Assembly: GCA_965204745.1 (NCBI GenBank)
Contig: OZ242010.1
Span: forward strand, 4,672,001-4,736,000
Origin: Candidatus Latescibacterota bacterium
Lineage (GTDB): Bacteria; Latescibacterota; UBA2968
Direction of reading: 5' to 3'
Length of the DNA stretch: 64,000 nt
The translations under genes were made by a program, and so were the position numbers. Below, in pieces: positions 37,841-46,956 of this stretch. The notes beneath the pieces are model-generated. The model was not told the DNA's origin and did not search any database. It saw only the letters and a program-made list of their open reading frames with translations. The stretch's first letter is position 1. Every line of letters starts with the position of its first letter.

Positions 37841-39004
37841 ATGTCTTCTACTTACCACACCCTCGTCATCGGCGCGGGCATCAATGGCTTGAGCACTTGC
37901 TATCATCTCTCGCGGCAGAACGTACGCGGTATTGGCCTGCTTGAACAATTTGCACTCGGTCACGACAGGGGCAGTTCGCACGGGCACTCGCGCATTACGC
38001 GCAGCGCGTACGTGAACGCGCATTACGTGCGTCTGATGCAAATCGCGCACAACGAGGCATGGCCGCAACTCGAACGCGACTCGGGCAGACAACTCGTCTA
38101 TCCCACGCCCGGTTGCTTTTTCGGTCCGCCGAATGGGAAATACAAAAGCTATGCCCAAGCGGTTGCAGATGTCGGGGTTGACATGGAACAACTCACCCCG
38201 GAAGAAGGCAGGAGACGCTTTCCGCACTTTCGGTTTGAAAATGCCGCGGGCGTTCTCTGCGACCACACGGCCGGCCTCATCGCCGCCGCGCAGACCATTC
38301 AATCGCTCATTCGCCTCATTCGCAAACGGGGGGTGGACATCCGGGAAAACGCGATGGTTCAGCGCGTCGACCCGACGCGCGATCCCATTCGCGTCGAAAC
38401 CTCTGTGGGCGATCTCGAAACCGAGCGTCTCATCGTCACGGCAGGCCCTTGGGCAGCGCGGCTTCTGCCGGTTCTCAACTCGCGCGTTGCGGTGGCGCGG
38501 CAGACGGTGGGTTATTTTCGACTTGCGGGAGTGCGGGAACGAGATGCGTTCCCGGTTTGGGGCTATCTTTTGGGCAGGGGCGATATGGGGTATTACGGGT
38601 TGCCGCAATTTGGGCGGGATGGGATCAAGATCGCCAAACACATTGTCAGCGGCGTCGATGACGATCCGGACGACGTGCCGGTGCAGATGCCCGAAGTTGC
38701 CATTGACGATCTTCGCCGGTTCATCGAAGAACAATTCGTGCCGCCGGTTGCGCGGTTTGTAGGTTGGGAGACGTGTCTTTACACCAATACGGACACTGAG
38801 GATTTCATCTTGGACGTCCACCCGGACAATCCCCATGTGGTTATTGGCGCGGGCTTTTCTGGGCACGGGTTCAAGTTCGGCCCGCTCACGGGGCGCATCC
38901 TGTCTGAACTCAGTCTGGATGGAAAAACATCAATACCCGAATTTGAGGCGACCAGAGAGATGTTTAGGGCGGACTTTCAGCGCGTGTTGGACGCCCAGGG
39001 GTAG
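37841..39004 (+). CDS. FAD-dependent oxidase, sarcosine oxidase / N-methyltryptophan oxidase family
   Basis: VIGAGING, GSSHGHSRITR, CLYTNT, GFSGHGFKFGP. Confidence 0.9.
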   Translation: MSSTYHTLVIGAGINGLSTCYHLSRQNVRGIGLLEQFALGHDRGSSHGHSRITRSAYVNAHYVRLMQIAHNEAWPQLERDSGRQLVYPTPGCFFGPPNGKYKSYAQAVADVGVDMEQLTPEEGRRRFPHFRFENAAGVLCDHTAGLIAAAQTIQSLIRLIRKRGVDIRENAMVQRVDPTRDPIRVETSVGDLETERLIVTAGPWAARLLPVLNSRVAVARQTVGYFRLAGVRERDAFPVWGYLLGRGDMGYYGLPQFGRDGIKIAKHIVSGVDDDPDDVPVQMPEVAIDDLRRFIEEQFVPPVARFVGWETCLYTNTDTEDFILDVHPDNPHVVIGAGFSGHGFKFGPLTGRILSELSLDGKTSIPEFEATREMFRADFQRVLDAQG

Positions 39005-39166
39005 GCCACTCCACTCAACCGCCCGTGCGGCCTCACCTCGCCATCCCGCCGCGTCTGAATCGCGGATTAAACGGATTGCGCGGATTGCGCGGATTACCCC
39101 ACACATCCCCACCACCGCTTCATCGTTCCCACTCCGCTGTGTCCTTCGCACTACCCGCCGCCATAG

Positions 39167-39395
39167 CCCTATCCCCCCGGCCCCCTTTCCTACGAGGAAA
39201 GGGGGAGCGCAGGGCTTTCTTGAAGGTTTGTATCCCTAGCTGTTCTGATGGCTTTGACCGAATGGATAATGCCATGAAATCCAACCCCCTCTCGCGCAAT
39301 CCCTCGCAAAACCTCTCGCCATTCCCCCCTTCTTCGCAGGCACAGGCGTAGCCTACAATGAGCGAAGCGAATAACGGGGCCAGGGGGGTAGGTAC
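39167..39395. repeat. Inverted doublet of DUF559-type REP-like elements with conserved linker
   Basis: Inverted homologue of the 2212-2408 unit; the second element carries the 35-nt insert. Confidence 0.9.
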
Positions 39396-39408
39396 CAATT
39401 TGCTAAAT

Positions 39409-39446
39409 AAAAAATCGGGACATGCGCGACATGCCCCGATTTTTTT
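39409..39446 (-). terminator. Intrinsic terminator, bidirectional
   Basis: aaaaaatcgggacatg...catgccccgatttttt between convergent genes. Confidence 0.75.
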
Positions 39447-40557
39447 ATGCCCTGGGGTCGCGTTTGAGCAAGGGCAGGGGATTGGGCGTGACGAGTACGC
39501 CGCCGTTTTCGTAGGATTCTATCGCCGCCCAGGTGTATTCGAGTGCGGCGAGGGCATCGCGTCCGGAGGCGCGGAGGTCTTCGCGGGGTACGCCACGGAC
39601 GACGTCTTCGAGAAATGCGTGGATGCGATTTGGGAATGTGGAACTAAAATCCGCAATTCCCGAATCATCGACAACAGGGCCGGCCGCAGTGCCGTGCGAC
39701 ATGTCTTCCGGATTGGCTACCGTGCCGGGCGCGGGCCAAAAGGTGATTTTTTCCACGCAGTTCTCAATACAAAATGTGCCGCGCGTACCGCCCACTTCAA
39801 CGCTCCACCACCCGCCCATGCCAAACGTGGTGTCTCCGCGCTGGCTGAGCAAATAGCCCATCGCGCCGCTTTCAAACCGCACATGGATGCTGTTGAGGGA
39901 AATCATGAGATCGCCCGCTTGCTTGCGAAAACTCGGCCGGTCAAAAAACGCCTGCACATGCGTGATGTCGCCGCAAAACTCGCGCATCACGCTGAAGGGA
40001 TGCGTGAGAAAGGCTTTGACGTGAAAATAGGGATGGCCCCAGGATTTCGGCCCCTTGTTGGGCCGATAGGTCGCTTCGCCGCCCGCAAAGCCCATTTTGT
40101 GGATGCAATAAATCTGTTCGCCCACCATGCCCGCGGCGAGATATTCCCGCGCTTTGTCCGCGGGTTGCGAGAAGTGATGGTTGAGATTGCAGCCGAGGTA
40201 GCGGTTTTGTTCTGCGGCATAGGCGACCATCTCCCGGGCTTCGTCAATGTCGTTGGACAGGGGTTTCTCGCACAAAACGTGTTTGCCTGCCGCGAGTGCT
40301 TCCATAGTGGGTTCGCAGTGCCAACTGCCGTTCTCATTGCCCCCGGTCGTCACGTCGACAATATCCAAGTCTTCGTTCTCGACCATGTCTTTGAGGCTGT
40401 AATACGCCTTAACGCCGTGTCGCGCAGCGGCCCTGTCTGCGGATGCTTCGACCACATCGCACACCGCGACGAGGTCTGCGAGATCGTCTGTTGCGTGACA
40501 AGCCGCATGCCGATTGCCAATGCCGCCCATCCCGACAACGCCAACTTTCAGTGCCAT
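39445..40557 (-). CDS. Gfo/Idh/MocA family oxidoreductase
   Basis: VGVVGMGGIG, GKHVLCEKP. Confidence 0.9.
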   Translation of the reverse strand: MALKVGVVGMGGIGNRHAACHATDDLADLVAVCDVVEASADRAAARHGVKAYYSLKDMVENEDLDIVDVTTGGNENGSWHCEPTMEALAAGKHVLCEKPLSNDIDEAREMVAYAAEQNRYLGCNLNHHFSQPADKAREYLAAGMVGEQIYCIHKMGFAGGEATYRPNKGPKSWGHPYFHVKAFLTHPFSVMREFCGDITHVQAFFDRPSFRKQAGDLMISLNSIHVRFESGAMGYLLSQRGDTTFGMGGWWSVEVGGTRGTFCIENCVEKITFWPAPGTVANPEDMSHGTAAGPVVDDSGIADFSSTFPNRIHAFLEDVVRGVPREDLRASGRDALAALEYTWAAIESYENGGVLVTPNPLPLLKRDPRA

Positions 40558-40599
40558 GGTATCCTCTCCAAAAAAGGTGAAAAACGCACGCTGACCCCA

Positions 40600-41769
40600 T
40601 CAACGCATCGCGGAACGCTCAAACCGCTCCAGCACGACCCTCAATCCGGCCAGGGGTACGACATCGCGGCGGGAGTGCCGTTTCGCGCCCCCACAGACGA
40701 CCACTTTGCCCGAGATTTGCGGCAACACCCGTGCAATGCGGTTGAGGGCATCGTCTGAGGCAACCGTCGCGCTGGCTTTGATCTCGATTGCGCCGATGCC
40801 ATTGCCATTTTCGTACAAAAGGTCGCATTCCAATCCCCGGGCGTCTCGGAAAAATGACAGGTTGGACCGATAGCCCCGGTTGAACCGGTGTTTGAGTGCC
40901 TCCACGATGACCGCATTCTCAAACAGCGCGCCGCGAAGCGGATGGGTGGCAAGTTGCCCGGCGTGCTCGATGCCGATGAGGTAACTCGCCAGCCCCACGT
41001 CGTAAAAATAGAGCTTGGGGGACTTGACCAACCGCTTGCGTATATTGGCGTAAAACGGCGGGAGTAGGAAGACCACGTAACTCGCTTCCAAAACCGTCAG
41101 CCAGTGCCGCGCTGTGGGGTGCGAAACGCCGGCGTCCGCGCCCAAAGCAGAGAGATTGGCGAGTTGCCCCACGCGCCCGGCGCACAAGCGCACAAACCGG
41201 CGAAAGTTAGACAAGTTGCGAATCTCTCCAATTTGGCGCACATCGCGCTCCACATACGTTTCAAAGTAATCGCCGAGGGCTTGACGCGGTTCGAGTTTTT
41301 GATCGTGAATACGCGGATAACAACCCGAGTACAAAATGTCGTCTATGCGGTCACTCGCGCCGGTTTGTCGCCGTTCATCCAAAGAAAAGGGCAACAGGCG
41401 GAGCAGTGCAGTGCGCCCGGCCAGCGATTGGTTGATCGCATCGGAGAGCCTGAATTGCTCGCTGCCCGTGAGCACGAAAAGGCCGTTTTCGCGCTGTTCG
41501 TCTGCGAGGACTTGCAGGTAGGACAAGAGAATGGGCACGCGCTGGATCTCGTCCAAGATGGCACCACCGCCGAGTTGCGCGAGAAAGCCGCGGGGATCGG
41601 ATTCGGCAAATTCCCGCAGGTCGGGCGCTTCCAAGTTGGCGTACTGGAGATGGGGAAACGCGGCCCGGCAAAGCGTGGTCTTCCCAGACTGACGCGGCCC
41701 GGTCACTGTGACAAAGGGATACTTGCCGAAAAGCTCGACCAAGCAAGGTGTAATCTCTCGCGTAATCAT
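40600..41769 (-). CDS. AAA_14 + DUF4143 ATP-binding protein
   Basis: GPRQSGKTT, LDEIQR, LTGS, SLAGR, KSPKLYFYDVG, C-terminal ECD...IEIK. Confidence 0.9.
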   Translation of the reverse strand: MITREITPCLVELFGKYPFVTVTGPRQSGKTTLCRAAFPHLQYANLEAPDLREFAESDPRGFLAQLGGGAILDEIQRVPILLSYLQVLADEQRENGLFVLTGSEQFRLSDAINQSLAGRTALLRLLPFSLDERRQTGASDRIDDILYSGCYPRIHDQKLEPRQALGDYFETYVERDVRQIGEIRNLSNFRRFVRLCAGRVGQLANLSALGADAGVSHPTARHWLTVLEASYVVFLLPPFYANIRKRLVKSPKLYFYDVGLASYLIGIEHAGQLATHPLRGALFENAVIVEALKHRFNRGYRSNLSFFRDARGLECDLLYENGNGIGAIEIKASATVASDDALNRIARVLPQISGKVVVCGGAKRHSRRDVVPLAGLRVVLERFERSAMR

Positions 41770-41850
41770 GTTGTTCTCGGATAAAAATTCCTGCGGTTGA
41801 GCGCGATGTGTTCGATTTCATCGATCTCTTTATTGGAAAGACCGTCGCGA

Positions 41851-41957
41851 GTTTAGCCACAAAAGGCACAAAAGGCACAAGCGGGGTACAACTGGCGATA
41901 GACAGTTCAAAGGCACGAGCGGGGTACAACTGGCGATAGACAGTTCAAAGGTGAGCG
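41851..41957. repeat. tagccacaaaaggcac head plus 2 x 38-bp unit
   Basis: aaaggcac(a/g)agcggggtacaactggcgatagacagttc. Confidence 0.85.
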
Positions 41958-42082
41958 ATTTGTGTAGAGATGGTGCCCCCGTGCTCGCCCAAAGATACAA
42001 GAGGTGAGTTTCAAAATATCTCATCGCCAATCGCGATGCGGACGTGCTCGCCTTCGGCGATTCCGTTTTCGTAGATGGCGTC

Positions 42083-42670
42083 TCATCTTTCACGCCTTTG
42101 CGGCAGGGCGATGCCTGCAAATTCCAGCAGTTGCGCGACCAGGCGATAGGTGAGGCCCCACAGCGCCGGGCGGTTGGGGCCGAGCAGATCGAGCGCGGGC
42201 ATGTCGCGCCAGCCTTCGAGGTCGAGCACTTGCCTGCGGCGGGGATCGGTCAAATGTGCAAACGGCGTCCAAAAAACATCGCGGATCTCTGCATTGGGCG
42301 CGACCACCACGCCTCGGCGGATGGCATACGCAAAACAAGCCACTTGGATGGGCAGGGTCGCGCCCGTCACATCGTCCAACCGCCCGAGGTATTGCGCGCC
42401 ATGCAACTCGAGACCGAGTTCCTCGCGGGTCTCGCGCTCTGCCGTGTGTTTGAGGTCGCGGTCACAGGGTTCTGCTGTGCCGCCGGGAAAGGCGATGTGG
42501 CCCGACCACGGATCGGTCGGATGCGCGGCGCGCTCGATGAAGAGGAGATAGAGATCATCCGGGCGCAGGTGGAAAATCGCAGCGACAGCCGCCTGCGTCT
42601 TCTCCGGTTCCGAACGGGTATGGGGTCGGTGAGCCGATAGGGATCGCGTGAGGGTTTGGAATGGCGTCAT
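42083..42670 (-). CDS. Nudix hydrolase, CoA pyrophosphatase type
   Basis: AAV...WSGHIAFPGG...TAERETREELG, LWGLT. Confidence 0.88.
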   Translation of the reverse strand: MTPFQTLTRSLSAHRPHTRSEPEKTQAAVAAIFHLRPDDLYLLFIERAAHPTDPWSGHIAFPGGTAEPCDRDLKHTAERETREELGLELHGAQYLGRLDDVTGATLPIQVACFAYAIRRGVVVAPNAEIRDVFWTPFAHLTDPRRRQVLDLEGWRDMPALDLLGPNRPALWGLTYRLVAQLLEFAGIALPQRRER

Positions 42671-43182
42671 TTGAGTTCGCCCATCCGAAACAGCGCGTGC
42701 AATTCAACACCCGCTTTGGCGAGATTCTCCGCGCCGCCCGATTCGCGGTCAATCACGCATAAGGCGTGCGAAACCCGCGCGCCGAGGGTGCGAAGGTCTT
42801 GCGTGGAAAGGGCGATTTGCCCGCCGGATGTGACCACATCCTCCACGATCAAAAGGCGTTTGCCCGCGATGTCGCCCCCTTCGGCGAGTTTGCAAGTGCC
42901 GTAGGTTTTGGCTTCTTTTCGCACAAAACAGGCGGGCAGGCCGCAAAGTTGAGAGAGCATCGTTGCGAGAGGCACGCCGCCGAGTTCAAGCCCTGCGAGC
43001 ACGTCCGTCTCGTCGGGAATGAGGGGCTGAAGGTGCGCGGCGATTTCGCGGAGGAGTTCGGGATCGGTTTCAAACTGGTACTTGTCGAAGTACTCCGTTG
43101 CAATCGCGCCTGACCGCAGGGTGAATTGCCCGGTCAGATGAGAAGTCTGATAAATGCGGCGTGCGAGTTCAAATCGGGTCAT
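42667..43182 (-). CDS. pyrE: Orotate phosphoribosyltransferase
   Basis: FTLRSG...YFDK, VRKEAKTYGT, IVEDVVTSGG. Confidence 0.9.
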   Translation of the reverse strand: MTRFELARRIYQTSHLTGQFTLRSGAIATEYFDKYQFETDPELLREIAAHLQPLIPDETDVLAGLELGGVPLATMLSQLCGLPACFVRKEAKTYGTCKLAEGGDIAGKRLLIVEDVVTSGGQIALSTQDLRTLGARVSHALCVIDRESGGAENLAKAGVELHALFRMGELK

Positions 43183-43207
43183 TGCGTCATCTCACTGAAA
43201 AAGGAAG

Positions 43208-43350
43208 TTTAGCCACAAAAGGCACAAAAGGCACGAGCGGGGTATAACTGGCGATAGACAGTTCAAAGGCACGAGCGGGGTATAACTGGCGACAGACAGT
43301 TCAAAAGCACGAGCGGGATACAACTGGCGATAGACAGTTCAAAGGTGAGC
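43208..43350. repeat. tagccacaaaaggcac head plus 3 x 38-bp unit
   Basis: Same unit and orientation as 41851-41957. Confidence 0.85.
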
Positions 43351-43397
43351 AGTGAGTGTAGGTCTTCTCCCGTCTTGCCTCTCACCTCTCACCTTTT

Positions 43398-44042
43398 TTA
43401 CGTGTCAAAATAGGGCAATGGCGTCTTTTCTCGGCGCATTTTTAAGAGGAAGGGCACGCGGAGATCGTGCCCTCGTGAAAGCGATGGCAATTTGTTTTCG
43501 CTATAAAAGTCGATTGCGGTCGCTTCCCATGTTATTTCGGGGTTGAGATTTTCGCACCTCATCTCAAAGACTGCATTGTAGAGATGCAGGTTGTTTCGGC
43601 TTTTCCATTTTCTCGAATCGAAGATGGCGAGCAGTTGGGTGGCGGTTCCTTTGAGGCGGGTTTCTTCGTAGAGTTCGCGCCGTGCTGCTTCGGCCCAAGA
43701 TTCGCCGACATCGACAAGGCCGCCGGGCAAGGCCCACAACCCGTCGTCGTGGCGTTTGATGAGCATGATGCTATCCCCCCTAAAAACAGCGGCTTCCACG
43801 CCCAAGAAGGGACAGACATGGGTTATGTCGTCGCGGTAGAGTGCCAAAATTTCGTCGGCATTGTGGCGGGTGAGCACGCTGATCATTCGGGCACTGATCG
43901 AGAGAATTTTTTTGTAGCGTTCTCGGTCGTGAATATTTTCTGTGTAGAACAAACCCCTGTTGGCAAGAGCGCGGAGTTCATCGGCAATGAGGGATAGGGC
44001 TTCGTTTGGAGGCATAGAGGTTGGCCTTGGGGTTATGGGCAC
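43398..44042 (-). CDS. Nudix hydrolase with N-terminal helical domain (YjhB-like)
   Basis: ELRALA..GL.Y....DRERY; WALPGG.VDVGES..EAA.RELYEET. Confidence 0.85.
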   Translation of the reverse strand: MPITPRPTSMPPNEALSLIADELRALANRGLFYTENIHDRERYKKILSISARMISVLTRHNADEILALYRDDITHVCPFLGVEAAVFRGDSIMLIKRHDDGLWALPGGLVDVGESWAEAARRELYEETRLKGTATQLLAIFDSRKWKSRNNLHLYNAVFEMRCENLNPEITWEATAIDFYSENKLPSLSRGHDLRVPFLLKMRREKTPLPYFDT

Positions 44043-44046
44043 AACA

Positions 44047-45540
44047 CTACGGATTGATCAATTTGTAAAACTCGACCTTTCCATTGACGATGCGATTGAT
44101 AACCGCGCTCTTGGTCGGATGGCGGTTTTCGTTGTAGCGAGCGATCATCGTCGCGCCGCTGTAGTTTTGGGTCGCCGCGATTTGATCGCGGATCGCGTCG
44201 GGCGTCAAGTCCTCTGTGCGACACATCGCCTGAACCACCAAGCGCAGGGCGTCGTAGCCCATCGCAGCGCCCCCAGGGGGCGCGACGCCAAACACAGCGG
44301 TATAGGCGTCGATAAACCGATAGGCTTCTTCGCTCAAATCGTCCGGGCCGACTTGAGATGAAAAGTGACCGCTGAAAAAACTCCCGTCGAACGTAGCCCT
44401 ATTCATGGTAAGCAAGATCGCGTTGTCCCAGCTATCGCCGCCGAGAAAGGTCGCCAGGAGGTCGATGTCTCGTTTGGCTTGTCCAATGACGAGCGGTATC
44501 TCGGGGAAAAAGCCCGACAAAAAGACCACATCCGGCGCGGCTTGGGCTATGGCGGTCAATTGCGCGGTGAAGGTGGTATCCGCATCCATGTAAAATTCCC
44601 GCGCCACGAGCGCGCCGCCAGAGGCATTAAAATTGTCGGCGAAGGTTCGCGCCAATCCCTCTGAATAGATCGCGCCTTCTTGGGCGATGATCGCCGCGGA
44701 TTCCGCCCCCAACTCTCGGGCGGCAAACTGCGCCATCACCCTGCCCTGAAAGTCGTCTGTAAATGCCGCCATAAACACGAAGTCGCCCGCTGCTGTGACC
44801 GTGGGATTGGTGGCCGTGGTGGTCATCATCGGAACCCCGTGCGCTTGCGCGACTGCCGCGACCGCCACGGCATGCCCCGAGCGGTTGGGGCCGACGAGTG
44901 CCATGACTTCCCGTTGGGCAATCAATTCTTCTGCGGCCTCTGCGGCGTATTCGGGGGTGGTCAGGCCGCCGCGGGGGATGAGCTCTATCGGCACGCCGCG
45001 CACCCCGCCCGCTTCGTTCATTTGCATCGCCGCCAACTCCGCGCCTCTCAACGTATTGCTTCGGGAAAGCGCGGTATAGAGAACGCCGATTTTAAGGGTC
45101 AATGGCGTTGACCGCCTCACCCGCGCCTTTCCGTCAATGGGCAAATCGAGACGCGCCTCGTAGCCGCGGTTGATCGGAATGCTCGTCCACGCGCCGATCT
45201 CGCGCCCATCCAGCGTTGCGCGTGCGAGATAATAACCCGTCACATCGCCCGACGCGATCTCCACCCGCGTCTGTCCCTCCTCATCGGTCATCCCCGACCA
45301 CTGATACGACGCGGCCTGCCCCGCGATAGAACGCGAAAATTCGACTGTCACACCGGTCACGGGCCGATCATCTCGGCGCAAAGTCGCCACCACCACCGCT
45401 TGGGGCGCGGTGCTCTGTCCCACAGCCACTTTGCCCAAGGGCCGCCCGACCTGCTCCTGCTCGCCTGACTGCATCACGCGCTCGCCCCCACATCCCCACA
45501 ACAGGGCGAGCATCAATACCATCGCACAACGCCTCGACAT
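44047..45540 (-). CDS. Lipoprotein: N-terminal Ig-like module fused to a branched-chain amino-acid-type (LivJ-like) substrate-binding domain
   Basis: Lipobox LLWGC; KIGVL...N.AGGV.G, ATNPTVT, DDFQG, YSEGL, GYDA. Confidence 0.8.
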   Translation of the reverse strand: MSRRCAMVLMLALLWGCGGERVMQSGEQEQVGRPLGKVAVGQSTAPQAVVVATLRRDDRPVTGVTVEFSRSIAGQAASYQWSGMTDEEGQTRVEIASGDVTGYYLARATLDGREIGAWTSIPINRGYEARLDLPIDGKARVRRSTPLTLKIGVLYTALSRSNTLRGAELAAMQMNEAGGVRGVPIELIPRGGLTTPEYAAEAAEELIAQREVMALVGPNRSGHAVAVAAVAQAHGVPMMTTTATNPTVTAAGDFVFMAAFTDDFQGRVMAQFAARELGAESAAIIAQEGAIYSEGLARTFADNFNASGGALVAREFYMDADTTFTAQLTAIAQAAPDVVFLSGFFPEIPLVIGQAKRDIDLLATFLGGDSWDNAILLTMNRATFDGSFFSGHFSSQVGPDDLSEEAYRFIDAYTAVFGVAPPGGAAMGYDALRLVVQAMCRTEDLTPDAIRDQIAATQNYSGATMIARYNENRHPTKSAVINRIVNGKVEFYKLINP

Positions 45541-45830
45541 TACAACCTCCTTTGGAAGTATAAACTGACCTGTCCCATCTCCGTAGGGACAGGCCCTCGT
45601 GCCTGTCCTCGCACTTAGCGACGCGGCGGGGGCTGAACGCTATTTTCCCCAAACCGCAGAAGTGTATCAATAAACGAAAAAATGAAAAGTGAAAACACAA
45701 AAAAATCAACCGCGATATTCCACGGGAAATACCCATTGACACCACCGCAACCCGCCATAAATTCACCGCAACCGCATGCCATCCCGGTTTCAACGGGACA
45801 AACGCCTATCGCAAAAAAGGGAGGCACGCC

Positions 45831-46820
45831 ATGAAGAACCTGTCATACATCCTGATGCTCGCAACACTCCTCGTTTCGTGTTCTGATTCTGAAAAAAAAG
45901 TATTGGCGTGCGTGAAAATCGGTGATAAGTGGGGGTATATCAACCCGAAAGGCGAGATCGTTATCAAATTGCAATTTGACGATGCGGGGTCTTTTTCCGA
46001 AGGATTGGCGCGTGTGAAAATCGGTGATAAGTGGGGGTATATCAACCCGAAAGGCGAGATCGTTATCAAACCGCAATTTGACAATCGACCGGGGTCTTTT
46101 TCCGAAGGGTTGGCGCAGATGAAAATCGGTGACTTCTTCCGTAGCAAGTATGGGTATATCAACCGGAAAGGGAAGATCGTTATCAACCCGCAATTTGACT
46201 ATGCGTGGCCTTTTTCAAAAGGGTTGGCGCGTGTGAGAAGCGGTGACAAGTATGGGTATCTCAATCATTTCACTTCCGTGAATCGGGTCGAGTTCCTTCT
46301 GAGATTCGGTGACAAGTATGGGTATATCAACCCGCAAGGCGAGATCGTTATCAAACCACTTGACTCTGCGGAGTTTTCTTCAGAAGGGTTGGCACTGGTG
46401 GAAAGCGGTGACAAGTGGGGGTATATCAACCTGAAAGGCGAGATCGTTATCGAGCCGCAATTTGACCGTGCGTGGCCTTTTTCAGAAGGGTTGGCGGGTG
46501 TGAAAATCGGTGGCAAGGAGGGGTATATCAATCCGAAAGGCGAGATCGTTATCGAGCCGCAATTTGACTGGGCATGGCCTTTTTCAGAAGGGTTGGCGCG
46601 TGTGAGAAACGGTGCTAAGTGGGGGTATATCAACCCGAAAGGCGAGATCGTTATCAAACTGCAATTTGACTGGGCGGGGTGGTTTTCAGAAGGGTTGGCG
46701 TGGGTGAACATCGGTGGCAAGGATGGGTATATCAACCCGAAAGGCGAGATCGTTATCAAACCGCAATTTGACGATGCGGGGTCTTTTTCCAATGTGCATA
46801 AAACCTTAGTCATCCCCTGA
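45831..46820 (+). CDS. WG-repeat lipoprotein
   Basis: Lipobox LVSC; repeats of KWGYINPKGEIVI.PQFD.A..FSEGLA. Confidence 0.9.
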   Translation: MKNLSYILMLATLLVSCSDSEKKVLACVKIGDKWGYINPKGEIVIKLQFDDAGSFSEGLARVKIGDKWGYINPKGEIVIKPQFDNRPGSFSEGLAQMKIGDFFRSKYGYINRKGKIVINPQFDYAWPFSKGLARVRSGDKYGYLNHFTSVNRVEFLLRFGDKYGYINPQGEIVIKPLDSAEFSSEGLALVESGDKWGYINLKGEIVIEPQFDRAWPFSEGLAGVKIGGKEGYINPKGEIVIEPQFDWAWPFSEGLARVRNGAKWGYINPKGEIVIKLQFDWAGWFSEGLAWVNIGGKDGYINPKGEIVIKPQFDDAGSFSNVHKTLVIP

Positions 46821-46841
46821 AAGCCGATTGCTAAAAAAAAT

Positions 46842-46892
46842 AAAAAGCCCCATCTGAAATCGCTTGTGCGACCTCGGATGGGGCGATTTTTT
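46842..46892. terminator. Probable bidirectional terminator
   Basis: aaaaagccccatc...gatggggcgatttttt between convergent genes. Confidence 0.6.
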
Positions 46893-46956
46893 GGTGCCTG
46901 TGCGTTTTGTCGCGTACCATGAACCGAATCAGAGCCTTTATCTTCCGATTTATGGA

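Noticed and set aside
41851-43350. 38-bp units as a mini-CRISPR
   Set aside because: Units are head-to-tail with no spacers.
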